Positions 1 through 13,530 of a DNA stretch of 64,000 nt are shown piece by piece. Location of the stretch: contig JAUCBJ010007482.1 of NCBI GenBank assembly GCA_032718475.1, positions 16,943 to 80,942 of the forward strand, read 5' to 3'. The notes under the pieces were generated by a model. It did no database searches. It saw only the letters and a program-made list of their open reading frames with translations, and was not told the origin of the DNA. Within the stretch, counting starts at the first letter, position 1. Each line of letters opens with the position of its first letter. The position numbers and the translations under genes were made by a program. This DNA is from Nemertoderma westbladi. Lineage: Eukaryota; Animalia; Xenacoelomorpha.

Positions 1-3000
1 TTTCGGTTTGATGTTACTTACCTTACTTTGAGTAACGTTGTGCACACTCGTTCTTTCTTCGGGCTTTCTTACATGAATTCTCTTAGGAGACGTAGGAGGA
101 GTTTTTCTTACCTGTTCTCTCCTGTCATTGGTTCGAGACTTGAATTTACTTACGTCCTTAGGCGCTTTGTTGTCATAGTAAGATCTTTCAGTGTCTTTCC
201 CGCTGTCTTCCTCTTGAGAAGCCTGGCTTTCGCCGTCGTCTGTATAACACACTGGTATTACCTTTCTCCTAGAAACGGGTTTCTCACTTACCTTATTTTC
301 CGGTGTCTTCTCTCTGGACTGTTTTAGGAGCTGTAATTTTACCTCTCCATCTAAGAATGACATGAGATCAGCCATGGTAGGGTCTCTTCGTTGTTGTTCC
401 ATCATATATAACACTTTCTTGTCCCAGCGTGTACCTACTCCACCCTTGGGCAAAGTAGATGCTAAGGCTCCTACAACCATAGAATTCTGGTATTCATGAG
501 ACTTACCTAACCAATCTAGTTGTCTACAGATCTCCTGAATCTCGTCGGAAAACTCTATAATCCCGCTGCTAATGAACTTTCGGGGCGCTACCAATTTTGC
601 ATACAAATACCTAGCTATGTTATTCCTATTACCATACCTGATGTTTAGGGTATCCCAAACTTGTCTTAATCCATCTGGATGTCCAATAAACTTTAACGCC
701 ATTAACTTGGGAGATCCTTCCAAGCACTCGATGAGGAATCTAAGTTTCTCTCCGTTAGATAGCACAGAGTTCTGTATGTTATCTTTGTAATATTCATTAA
801 AAGGTAACCATTTCATCTCATCTCCATTGAACTTGACGATCTCTCCCACCTTTACCGCTTGACGGGCTTCGGTTCTAGCCATTTGACGCGTAAAACTTTC
901 TTGGGCCATCGTGTTATTTAATATCGAGTTATCGGTATATAAATTTCTCGGATTATTATCAAGTCTATATGGAATATCATTGTCAACAGGTTTATAATTA
1001 CCCTTAATAGGGTTTACTATAGGAGTTTCCACTTCACTAGCAGTATAGATGCGTGTAGGCTCCACACCTTGCGCATGAAATACTTCAGACCTAACAGGTT
1101 GACACATTGTTACAGGGGGTGGTGGTATACCCTTTTGGAGATTTACTAGTTTGTCGCGTTCTAACGCAATACTTTGCTGCACTTCTTGCAACTCTAACCT
1201 ACCCTCTCTAATTGTTCCCTTTAACTGCTGCACAGTCTCCCCCATCTCCTGGACCTGCTGAGAGGAGCAAGAACGGTGTTCCCTCAGCTGCCCGAGCAGG
1301 AGACCCATCTCCCGTCGTCCCTCATCTACCCACTCGACCGCCGAAGCGGGAGGCGCCAACGTTGTAGCGGGCGGACGAGGGACAACGGGCGACAAATCAT
1401 TAATATTTCGCTCGGAGTCCAGGACATGAACATTTTCAGGGGTGGTTCTGTGGGGCACAGGTAGCTTAGTGCTGTGCAGAGGGAATTTAGAGGTAGGTTC
1501 AGGGAGTACAGGTGTCTCTATCACCGAAGGGGTGGCTTCGAGAACAGGCCTAATTATTTCAGGCTCATCTACTATAGTAGGGAGTCTTTCTATTTTAATT
1601 ATTTGGTCTGTGGGTTCTGTACTACCTAAGTCTGTGTTAGTTAGTTGCCTTCTAACAGCTGGGGGCAAATCAGGCAATTTCTGACGGTGGGACATTCTTC
1701 TACGCCTACTTAGACGAGATCTATTTCCTCCGCCTTCAGGATCGGTGGTATCGCCTTCATCAGATGATGTATATCCCTGTCTTTTGGGAGTAGATCGACT
1801 CATCATCTGCATTTGACTAGCTGTTAACTGTTTATTTATGCAGTCTTGATTCTCTTGAATATTTTCCAACTCTAGTTGGGCGATCTCTTCAGACGCTCTC
1901 CGTTCTGCTTCTGCCGCTGCCACTGCCGCTTTTCTTTCCACTTCGGCTCGCTTTTCTTTCCGCTTCTGCCTCTGCCGCTGCCGCTTTTCTTTCCACCTCT
2001 ACCGCCTTTCTTTCCGCTTCTGCCGCTGCCACTGCTGCTGCCACTGCCGCTGTCTTTCTGTCTTCTATACGTTTTTTCTTGACTTGTTCTTCTTGGACTC
2101 TAGCGATGCGGAGGCGTTCATCAAATTTAGCTTGGTTCGCAGCTATCATATCCGCATCGATTGCGTCCAACACAAGCTTGGCTCCTTCACTATTAGGGCG
2201 AAGTCCAGACAGCCGTCTCCTCAACTCTTCGTCACCTACAAATCGTTGATAGTCTGACAGATAGATGTCAATAGCATCCCTCTCATGCGGTTTCTCTGCC
2301 GTCGCTTCACTTTCCACTTGGGAAAATGTAGCGTCTGTTGATTCTCCATGGGTTGAGCGCTCAGCCAGCTGAGATTTCCACTGGGCAGTTCCTTGAACTT
2401 GGAGACTCACCCGCTGAAACCAAGTCTTTACGGCAACTTGCAACGACGTGTCTTGTCTTCTTTTCGAAGCCTCCTCAAAGGCCGATAAGATTAGTCTGAT
2501 TCGTAGAATTCTTTCTCTAACTTGATAAAGCAGCTCTCCCTGCTCTTGAGGTCCTTGGGGTTGTCGAAACAGTTGTTCCTTTAATCGCTCCATAGAGCTG
2601 AAGAATCCCTGTACGTATCCTGCTGCTGACCTCTTCCACACAGCTGGATCGCTGGTTTCTTTTGTCACTCCCATCCTGTGTATGTCTTCCCAGGCAGCTT
2701 CCGATAAGTCAAACGGGAGTCCGGGTCCGGGGAAGTTCCATTGCGACTCGACAATAGACTTCAGTTCTTCCCTTGTGTATCCCGCATAACTATCCTTGGT
2801 CGATCGCTTACTTCTCGCCCAATCAATCTGGTGTTCCTCCACCGCAATCAATACCCTAGTGAGTACGGCTGCAGGAAGGATGAGAAGGGGATCCGAATAA
2901 ACCGCATCTGCCATCTTAGCTCCGCGCTCGGGTGTCAGCTCTACAGTATCCGCACTACTGGAGCTGTCGGGCCGCTGAGAAATAAGTTCTCGGCTCGAGT

Positions 3001-3229
3001 GTTGCTGCTGTTCCGCTGCTTCTTGGTCCCGCTTGACCTGAGCTCGAGTGCCTATGATAGACCTACGGTGTTGGACTAGCCTAGGGTCTGATATTACTAC
3101 TGGAGGGATGATCTTTCTTACAGTAGGAGGTGAATTGAACTTCGGTCTCACACGTTCCACACTCCTGTCTGGGTCACAGATGGTTGTATCTAGGAGACTG
3201 TCTGACAGGTTTTGCTTTGTGTCAGACAT
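1..3229 (-). pseudogene. gag: Gag of BEL copy A, frameshifted near 1900-1970 and truncated by the window edge
   Basis: ORF 1889..3229 aligns with aa 1-~400 of ORF 40210..43614. DNA at 1-1880 remains homologous to 41570-43400 in another frame. Confidence 0.88.
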
Positions 3230-5132
3230 GTTTGTTTGTACAGTTGAATGCCTACTGCTATATTACAGTTTAAGCAAGTCTAGTAATTCAGTATCACCGT
3301 TAGCCTAGTAATTAATTACCGATATCGTTACTCTATGTAACGTGATATATATACAATATATTAGAATACCGGTATACACTTATAGTTATATATAAGTATT
3401 ATTACAGACTAGGTTTGTCACAGAATACCGGTATATAATTTCAGCACAAATATATATAAATATATAATAGGCCTATCGTGAATACCGGTATACAGCTTAC
3501 ACTTATAGTATATATATAAGTATTATTACAGACTAGAATTAATTACAGAATACCGGTATAATTTCAGCCTAAATTTATAGAAATAAATATAATAAGCCTA
3601 TCGTAAATACCGGTATGTCAATTATTTTAGAATAATTGAATTTCTGAATTTTAGGGGTTACTTGGTTACTTTACTTTACTTGATTACCGTTATTTAAGCA
3701 GTAGTCCAACTGATATTAAGACCTAATTGATGTATGACAGGCCTACTATTTATAAATCGGTTTGAGTTGATTTATAATATATATATACCCGTATAATGGG
3801 TTTTGTCAATATTTGAAATAAATGTTATTATTTCTGGGAAGGAGTCACTACACAGAAGCTGTGCGCTCTCAGTGAAGTGCTACTTGTTGGACACTAAAAC
3901 AAATAATTCTAATTTACCTAAGTTACTTAATACTACAAATTACGTACAATTCGGGGTGAGATTACAATCTCTAAATAAACACAAAAATTTACACGTACGA
4001 ATTTTTAGGGTAATTTTACAAGAAGTCTACAAACCAGCCTAACAAAGGGTTAGAATATCTGGTTATTACAACGGACAGGGTACTACGGTATTTGAAAATA
4101 ACAAAGCAGTAGTAAATATACTGCATTGTCCAGATAGGAAAAATACCACCGTCTGACGACTTATAGCCGTAGCGCTATAAGTACTATGTTATGTTTCACG
4201 GAGTGTTCCTACCTAGAAGTTAATTACCGCGGTCTACCAGAACCAACGTGCCTATTAACCACTTTACAACACAAATATACTGCCTACACACTAATTACCT
4301 TCGGAAAGTATTGTACACTAAACCCTAAATTAGGTACAAGTACTTATATAACAAATAACCAGCAGTTAGAAATACTTGTACAGCTAAAGGAACCACGGTA
4401 TCTGCTGGAGTGACCGGGGCACAAAATCACCAGTCTTTACCTACGCCAAGCAGCCCTGATGTAGTACCGGGGTTAATTTAACTATAACGGTATGTATAAC
4501 AAGCACAATTACTGTAGGAATAAACTTGGGGTTGTGAATGTTGCGAATAATCGCATAAACTCTGAATAATAAATATTACGCTACGCGTACAGACTACTCA
4601 AACGAAATACAGACCAAACGCTGGCAGACTACTATCAGGCCCAAACAAACTACAGTATATGCAGACTCCGAAATGGTTAGTTAGTATGCGTTCTAACCGA
4701 GTAGTACGAATTATTCTTTCGAGGGGATTTACCTCACAGCACTGGAAGCCCCTACGTTCCTAACTGGTACTTTATCGGACATACACTCTACACACACTAC
4801 AATCTCTTCAGACTTAACAACAGTCAGACAACAGTCCAGCCCACAAATTATCTGTACAATCTGAGCAGGCTTACACGTCTTCTGCTCAATATTAACTTTC
4901 AAATAAATAAAACTGACAGAAATAGGCCTAAGTAAAATCCCAATAAAAACCAGGCGTCCCCGATTACTTATTAAGACCTACCGGTATATAATTATCAAAA
5001 TCGAATAATACTGCTGTACCTGTACTGCTGTAAGTACCGGTTCGGGTGGTTAGGTAGTTAGGCCTACTGGGTACCGGTTGACCGGTACTTCAGCTTTATT
5101 GCCTACTGCAATACAGAAGCAATAACTGTTAT

Positions 5133-6320
5133 TGTTCGCGCTTTCAGACCTTTAGCAGTTTAACCTGCCAAATTTAGATGTCTTCTAGATTATAAATCGA
5201 CTTTAGCCTATGACGAGTATTTGATACACTACATTAGCCGAAGCCAGTCTATGCGCGACCATTCACCCGCTGGATATACCCGGGAGACTGGATTCGGAAG
5301 CTTTGACCTTATTGCGGTGTAGGCCTACTGTATTATTCGACTGATCGTTAATATATAATCTCTGACCAATATTATTCACTTTCGGGAAATATTAACAGTT
5401 CCTTTAGGACATGGCGCTCTAAATATGTAAACAGAGTTATGACTTACACGAGACACAACGGGATGGCTATGGATTCACGTATAAAGCGTATTCTTTAGGA
5501 GATGCTTTGTTATCAGTCACAATCATGCACACTACCGCACAATGCTGCACACCGATCTGCCGACCTTCACTAATTTTAGTCACATATAAAGAGAACAACA
5601 ACCGACTCCTGTAGTGCCTATGAAATAGCATTAGATTCACTCCAAAACCAATATAATGTAAGTCGCAATTGTTATATGTAACCGGTCTCTCTAACCTTCA
5701 GTATATCAAGAAGATTGGGGTTTCTGATTATTGATCGATATTATCCAAATATAACAATATTCCACCAACTGATATAATTAATAATCGACAGTAAATAGCA
5801 GTAAAAATGCGGTGTTTGTAGTTGACAATATGATTTAACACACTGACTTGTGATTAGTTTGTGTTGCGATTGATTAGATAACAGTTATACGTCTCTATGA
5901 CCAAAGCCTACTAATGTTTGGCTAAAGCCTGAAACACAGAGATTCCAAAGCCGGTCTTCTGGCTGTGGACAAAATACCCATACTGACTGAATTGCATGAG
6001 TTTCTGTATACAATCTCCAACACAGAGTGAAAACCGCTCTGATTGGTCGACCGAACAAAGAACGAACAAAGAACAAAGAAAAAGTTACACGTGGACACAG
6101 CTGATAGATGTCATCATCGGAGTTCCGATGTTTAGAGTATTTGGCTTATTGCGACATAAAATCGCTAGTTATGTCCGCTAAAGTACACATACAGAAGAAA
6201 TGGCTTTTTATGTCCACTAAAACACCGGTACAGTAAGGAAACGGCTTTTTATGTCCGTTAAAACAACTACAGAGTACTTTGCGGGGAAAATAACCAGCTA
6301 ATTCCGCAAAAGCCTTTACA
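5133..6320 (-). repeat. 5' LTR of BEL copy A (~1.19 kb)
   Basis: TG...CA termini on the minus strand. Shares blocks with the 36724-37976 LTR (GAATCCAGTCTCCCGGGTATATCCAGCGGGTGAATGG, TGGCAGGTTAAACTGCTAAAGGTCT, CCAATCAGAGCG). Confidence 0.88.
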
Positions 6321-8790
6321 AGCAGTCAAGTTTTATGAAGAACTGACTGGACTTATTAAGGACATCCCGAAACACAATGTTAAAGTCATTGCTGGTGACC
6401 TGAATGCGCAAATTGGCCCAGAAGACATCAAGGGTTACACCTATAACACCAGTTCTAACAGAAATGGGTACTTACTTTTAGACCTAATGGAAGAATGTGA
6501 ATTGATACCAACAAACAACACATTCGAAAAGAGTAAGGGGAAGCTATGGACCTTTCAATACCCTAATGGAACCAAAGCACAACTGGATTACATCCTTATA
6601 AACAAAAAGTGGAGAAATAGCATGATCAACTGCGAGGCATACAGCTCGTTCAACCTAATTGGTTCGGACCACAGAATTGTCACTGCAGAGATCAGACTCA
6701 GTTTGAGAGCCAGCAAACCCAGGACAAGCAAGCAAATCAACTATGACTGGGAGAAACTCAGAACTGACAATGCTGTAAGGGATGCTTATACAGTAGAAGT
6801 TCAAAACCGCTTTGAAGCACTTCAGTCAATGGATGAAGACCAATCCACCGATTCAATATACCAGAATATAATAACAGCCCACAAGGAATCAGCTAAGAGG
6901 CATATCCCCCAGAAACCTAAACGAAAACAGTATGTGCCATGGCAAAACTCTGAGGTTACTTGTAAGAGAGAGGATCAAGATAGCCTACAAAGTTAAAACC
7001 GAACAACCAACAACCGAAAACATTAACAAGGTTGAGAAAGCTAAGGACGATCTTAAATTGGCCTACAACATCAGCCAGGAAAAGTAAATACAGGATAAAA
7101 CTGAAGCAATTACAACTGCTCACATACAGCACCAATCAAGACTTACCTGGCAAACTGTAAATGAGGTATCTGGTCGGAAAAGTTGTGCAAAGGGGCGCCT
7201 CAAAGCCGATAGTCCTGAAGAACGTGTTGGGAAGTGGAAAAATCATTTCAGCAACTTGCTTGGGCAGCCACCAAACATCGAGGTCAGCCCTACAAGGAAA
7301 ATATATGACAAGACACTACCTATAGAAACAGGGGACTTCACACCTGCCGAACTCCAAAGAAGCATTAAAAGCATGTCCAATAATAAAGCGAGTGGATTAG
7401 ATGAAATCCCAGCGGAGGTATGGAAAACCGGAGTGCTAAATAGACCATTATTGAATGTTTGCAACCGGATGTTAAAAGGGGATAAGCCACCACCAATTTG
7501 GACTAAAGGTCAACTAAAGCCTCTCCCCAAGAAAGGAGACCTCGGCATACCAACAAACTATCGTGGGATCTGTCTGCTTGTGGTAGCTGCCAAAATATAC
7601 AATAAAATGATTTTATATAGGATTAGGCCTCACATAGAGAAACTACTGCGTAAGAGCCAAAACGGATTTCGACCAAGTAGATCAACAATAGCTCAGATAC
7701 TTGCACTACGGAGACTGATTGAAGGAATTAAGTCAAAGAATCTCCCCGCAGTCATCACTTTTGTGGACTTCAAGAAGGCATTCGACTCCATCCATAGAGG
7801 TAAAATGCTTGAAATCCTAAGAGCTTATGGAATACCAGAAGTAATTGTTGCTGGCATTGGATTGTTATATTGTGACACAGAAGCGCAGGTACTCTCACCA
7901 GATGGTGAAACTGAGTTTTTCTCAATCCTGGCTGGCGTACTGCAAGGTGACACATTAGCACCATTACTATTTGTAATTGTGCTGGATTACGCAGAAGTAG
8001 TAGATATCCGGCAACTACAGTCACAGACACCGACTTTGCGGATGAGATCGCCCTGCTCTCTAATACGCTAGCAGATGCACAGCTTCTACTAAATAAAGTG
8101 GAGAGGGCTGCTAAGGAGGTTGGATTGTATATAAATGCTACCAAGACCGAATTCATGACCTTTAATGTTGATGGAAACTTGACAACCATTGATAATAATC
8201 AAGTAAGGAAGGTCGATGACTCCCAGTACCTTGGATCATGGATAGAGAGTAGCAAAAAGGACATAGAAGTTAGGAAAGCAAAGGCTTGGGTAGCTCTATC
8301 AAAAATGGATACCATCTGGAAATCAGATCTCTCCAGGCACCTGAAGACTAAGTTCTTTCGAGCCACAGTGGAAGGGTATTTTTATACGGGGGTGAGACCT
8401 GGACACTGACTAAATCACTTGAACAACGAATTGATGGTTGCTACACAAGACTACTAAGGGCAGCCCTAAACATCAGCTGGAGACAACACATGACAAACGC
8501 CGAGCTTTATGGTACAATACCACCTGTATCAACCACCCTCCGTGAACGCAGATTAAGATTCAGTGGGCACTGCTGGCGAAGTAAAGACGAGGTCATACCA
8601 GATCTACTTCTCTGGCAACCAACTCATGGAAAGCGTAGTCGTGGACGACCTGCCATAACATATATAGATCAACTTGAAAGGGATACTGAACTTGGGAGAA
8701 ACGAAATTGCGACAACTATGGAGAATCGGGAAGCCTGGAAGGATCTCATTTCCACTGTCCGAGTTCGCTCGACCTAGTAGTAGTAGTATA
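6321..8790 (+). mobile_element. RTE-clade non-LTR retrotransposon (APE endonuclease + RT), disrupted, 5' part cut off by BEL copy A
   Basis: EN motifs GDLNAQIG, QLDYILIN, GSDHRIV. RT motifs PKKGDL..NYRGI, SQNGFRPSRST, FVDFKKAFDSIHR, GVLQGDTLAP, DFADE, YLGS. C-terminus RLRFSGHCWR...RGRPAITYIDQL. (TAG)n tail at the stop codon. Several frameshifts and stops. Confidence 0.92.
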
Positions 8791-9190
8791 ATCAAAGCCG
8801 TCTAATGTTGGCCAAAGTCTGAAACTTCTAACACAGAAGTACAGAAGAATTTCCAAGCAGTTGTTCTCGCTCAGAAAGGTAAACAAAGACCGTAATGCAT
8901 TGCGCGGTTTTCCGTAGGCCTCTGTGCAAGATAAAATGAAAATCGCTCTGATTGGCCGAGCCTGAACAAAGAGAGGCTCCACGTGTACAGTAAACCAGCT
9001 GACAGATTTCGTCATCGGAGTTTCAGTCTTTTAGAGTATTAGGCGTATTGCGGCAGAAAATGGCTTGTTATGTCCGCTAAAACACCTACAGGGTACATTG
9101 CGGAGAAAATGGCTTGTTATGTCCGCTAAAACAACTAAACAGTTCATTGCGGAGAAAAATGACTGGTTATATCCGCAAAAGCTTCAAGCA
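8791..9190 (-). repeat. Fragment of an older LTR of the same BEL family, interrupted by the RTE LINE
   Basis: Colinear with 5900-6320 (AAAGCC..CTAATGTT, CGCTCTGATTGG, GTCATCGGAGTT, repeated TATGTCCGCTAAAACA, TCCGCAAAAGC end). Confidence 0.8.
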
Positions 9191-9541
9191 AAAGCAAAAG
9201 TTGAACAACGCGTCCTTTTGGTATCTGGGAATAAGGAATTTGGGATAAACGTTTTTTGTTTATTTCAAATTCACAACAAAGATTATATAAATTAATACTA
9301 TAGAGTATTACACAGGCAAAATGATCTTTACACGACCTATGTATAGTAAAGCCTATTGTTCAATCTTCCTTGGGAATGCAATATATATAGTAAAGTATGT
9401 TAAATCCCCTATGAACCTAATTTCCATCTTACTCAATAGGCAGAGGTACTACTGTAATTACAGTATTATTGGTTTCGCAGTAGCTGACTCTTTCCCCATT
9501 CCTTTGTGGTGGTGTGTAGTGTATTGGAACACTAGCAAGGG

Positions 9542-11289
9542 GGGTAACAGACGTTTCGGTCTAAGACGTTTTGGCCTAGGACGTTTCGGCCCAATGAATG
9601 AAATACAAGATTTGCTTGTCGGACGTTTTGGCCCAAAGATTCACTTTACTCCCTTAAATAAGCTATTAATAATAAGTTATTCAATATATTTGTTTTGTAG
9701 TTGTTGCGTTCGGTACAAGAGGAGTTGTCAGTGTGAACTGCTCCGACACCTGTTTGAAAGTCGTCAAGATCGAAGTTCTACATTATATTTATAAATAATA
9801 ACTAATGTAATATTATTATTATTTATTAATATAAATTTACACCATACTGTAACTTAAAACAAAGATAACATATGCTGACAAATTAACCTTAGAATTATGA
9901 TGATGGGGTTTCCCCCATAAAAAAAACATACGTAATTTAAAATGTGAGTCAATAAATATAGTACATTAAAATACACCGAATTAAAATTATTACTGTATTT
10001 TAATGTTGGTCTTAAAAATATAATAGATTAGAAATATTCCATTAAAGGAGCATTGCTAATAATTATGAGACAGGCGGGATGTCATATGGAATGAGATAAA
10101 ATATATGCGTATTAAATTTAAATTTAGATGAAATGTATGCGCATTAAAAGGACCAGACTGGATGGTATGTGAAGTGAAATAAAATATGTATTGATAAAAG
10201 CATTATACGTCGTTATCTATGGGTATAAATCAAAATCATCTATCATCGAAGATAAGAGTTATTGTTTCAACAGATCATTAAGACATAGCTGCAATACACC
10301 TGTCCAGCTACAAAAATTATCAATTGAGTAATGTTTAAAATTAATGAAGTATCTCCAAAATATATCGATCAGACGAGATTTAAGCCCTAAATGGTTCGTG
10401 AAATTGATTCACTTTGGTAGTACTGTATATTAGCAATGTGGTACTGGAGACTAATAGATTTGTTCTGACTTGCATTTTTTCGGCCGCATAACATAATTGA
10501 TGGCGAATTGTCTATGGAACCAGAGCACCACTTCCCTAATGTTTATTTTATTTTGAAATAAAGGTAAATTAAATAGCCATTTAACCCTATCCATACCGGG
10601 GTACTTTAGACGCTCAAACTCCGGGGGGGGGGGGGGGGGGGGGGACTTTTGGGGACGTAAAGTTTGGAAGCATATAACTTTGTGTTGTGTGATGATATGT
10701 ATTACTTTAAAGTAAAAAGTTTTAGATACAAAATTTATTTCTCTTTTCAAATATGCCACACACTAATGCTCAAATATAATATTTATATACTATAATTAAG
10801 TTTAAATTGATTTTAAATTTATATTAATTTGATTGAATTTTAAATTTCCCTCCTACAATAGTTCAGCAATAATATGACAGTTTCAGAGACAGGTCAGTTT
10901 ACGTGTCATTTTCATGGTCATAAATAATAATATGAAAATTAATTTTTGTTTTAAGATAAAGAATAATAAATTTTAGGAAAAGTAACGGAATTTCACTTGC
11001 AATAAATGTGGTTTGGCTTTGAACCAAGCAATCAAATAAAGTGCGTCTCCAAAAGTCCCCCCCCCCCCGGTATGGATAGGGTTAATGAAAGATACTGTAT
11101 TTTAAGTGTTTGTATGTTATTGTGAAATAATTATAATTTTAATGAATAGTTATTATCATATCAAACAAGTTAGCCTTTTCATTCAGTTACAGTCATGGGC
11201 CGAAACGTCCGATTCGAATCGTCCGGGCCGAAATGTCCGGGCCGAAACGTCCTGGACCTAAACGTCCTAGGCCGAAACGTCTGTATACC
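9542..11289. mobile_element. Non-autonomous TIR element, Mutator/foldback-like
   Basis: Inverted arrays of GGACGTTTCGGCC / GGCCGAAACGTCC. GG..CC ends. 9-bp flanking duplication TAGCAAGGG / TAACAAGGG with one mismatch. Confidence 0.8.
10585..11081. mobile_element. piggyBac-type MITE nested in the previous element
   Basis: TTAA|CCCTATCCATACCGGG...CCCGGTATGGATAGGG|TTAA, with asymmetric subterminal inverted repeats GGGGACTTTTGG / CCAAAAGTCCCC. Confidence 0.88.
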
Positions 11290-11407
11290 TAACAAGGGAT
11301 CAGCCCAGCCTATCATTGCTAAGACAACGCCCTATCAGAATACGTCATCCCTCATGAGCTGTTACTGTTGGTACCAGTGTAAGAACAAGGAGGCACATAC
11401 ACCTATG

Positions 11408-11540
11408 CTTATTCCCCAGAAGTTAGTTATTTTCCCAGTTATTTAACCCGCGGGCAGGAAACAACCCGAGGGCGAAGCCCGAGGGTGTTCGTGCCCAAGG
11501 GTTAAATAACTGGGAAAATAACTAACTTCTGGGGAATAAG
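11408..11540. repeat. 133-bp palindrome with 42-bp perfect arms
   Basis: CTTATTCCCCAGAAGTTAGTTATTTTCCCAGTTATTTAACCC and its exact reverse complement flank a core containing CCCGAGGGCGAAGCCCGAGGG. Confidence 0.9.
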
Positions 11541-12625
11541 TAAGTTGTTACACATGTACTGTGGTATGCTTTTCGATTATTTTTATCCCTTAACAACTAT
11601 TTACAGATTCTAAAAGGGCATTGTTTAGGGGGAGAGTTTACAAAATGGGGCTTGGAAAGTTTTGGGGGTGTTTATATTGATTTTGCCCAAGGGCATTGGA
11701 AAATTTTCGGTGTGTTTCACTTTAATTCATTAATTGCATAGGTGTTATTTTGCCCAAGGGAATAATAACACCCAAGCTCCAAAGGTAAAACATTAGGCCT
11801 ACTGTGTCATGTGTGTTGTATAGCTCTATGCTTAATTCATCCAATCGCCGTAAGATTCGATCATCAAAAAAGCACCTGAACTTGTTAGTGAAAATTGATG
11901 TCAAACTTATTTAAATGGTTTACATTCTAAAATTCCTATTTTCTTACATTGGCCGCAGGAGTAACTTTGCATAAACTTCAAATTGGATATATAACTAAAT
12001 TGGCTGAATTAATTGAATAGTATTTTTGGTGGACATGTCATGTATCCACTACCCACAGAAGGGGGGTGTATATCGTTCACATTAAATACATTTATTAGGA
12101 TAAATAATTATTTAGTACTTAGGAAAATGTTAATTAATTTAATGGTTTTGGAATATATGAAGTTTATTAAGAATATATATTATATGTATATGAATATATA
12201 TTAATATATATATATTACTTACTATTGAGTTTCGGATTTTGCTCAAACTACGTGGAAAGCTACAAACATTTTCTATTTCGATGCTCTTTCAACACATGTA
12301 ATAAAGTTTAAAAATTCCACGAAAAATATTTTCACATTTACATTTTTAGCCGGGAAAAGTAAGTTCAATGCAATCCTAGGCCTACTGTATGATTAACTAT
12401 TATTCCCTAGGGAAAAAAGTAGGTACTTCTTTTTCTCCACATTTTGAGCTATATTTGAGCTAACTAAATAGTAACATTATAAGAATAACATAAATATACC
12501 CATAGTAACGGGTTGTTATGCCAGTTTTAAAAGAATGATGTCACTTAGAGTCGACCAACACCTATCTCCGCTCCACAATATCAAAGTATGGTCTAGAAAA
12601 TGTAGTTTTGACTAAGAACTGCATA

Positions 12626-12900
12626 AAAGTAAAGTAAAGTTATATTCAAACGTGTAAGAAGAAACACCCGAGGCAACAACCCAAAGGCTCTATTCTCTTG
12701 GCTATTATCTGTAACGCAGGGAACAGGAGAAGGCACCACACTACTCCCAAGGTCGAGTACTCTGGTTATCTAACCATATTCTTTACTCCTTAACTCACGA
12801 CAGGTTGCCATTAGCCTACAGTACAACTGGAAGCTAGCAACAATTTGGCTGTTCTGGGGCTTGAACACCAGACCTTCCGCTAAGAAGACCGGTTAATACC
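12626..12900 (-). mobile_element. Possible tRNA-derived SINE
   Basis: Degenerate B-box (GGTGTTCAAGCCCC on minus, ~12855-12870) and an (ACTTT)n tail on minus at 12626-12640. A-box unclear. Confidence 0.35.
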
Positions 12901-13530
12901 TTTTTTTACTTTACTTTAATATTAAAACGTTTCAATGTCTGTATTAAAAAGGAAAAGGCAGAAAGGGGCGAACGTATTTAAACGACATTCTTAGATATCT
13001 TTTTTTAACATTTAGGAGGAAGGAACTGGAGAAACGCCTCACTGCAGTACGAGGTAGTACGGTACCTTGCAGCCTATATAAATACAGGCCAAACTAGACC
13101 TACCTGCAGGGCTGCAGGCTGCAGACCTGGTACGGTGCGACTCTGGACTCTGACACTATGTAGGCCTGCTGTACCGGTACAGGGTATCTCTTAATTTGCC
13201 GTGGAAATTGAATGTTTAGTCATAGGTCACTGCCGTCAGTATAAGTCGTCAGTATGAGTATGACAATGAGGTGATTAATGAGACATAAATAGGCATTGCT
13301 GTCTAGTGGAGCACAGCCCAATAATAATGAAACATGAAATACAAAACGCCCAATAATAATGAAACATGAAGTACAAAACTAGTTGGTGGTCTGAATACCT
13401 GATTTACACCTGATGTGACACACAACAGACCTAAGACGTGTACAGCAGCATTACCGGTTCCTATGTTTGTATGTCAGTATGTGGTGTCACGATAAACACT
13501 TCACTACTAAGAGGGAACTGAAACCTGCTC

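Larger units (their letters stand above)
1..6320 (-). mobile_element. BEL/Pao LTR retrotransposon, copy A (5' LTR, long leader, gag; continues off the left edge)
   Basis: Reverse complement is colinear with 36724-43400. Gag start MSDTKQNLSDSLLDTTICD matches MSDTQQNLSDSLIDTTICD at 40210. The minus-strand LTR begins TGTAAAGG at 6320. Confidence 0.93.
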
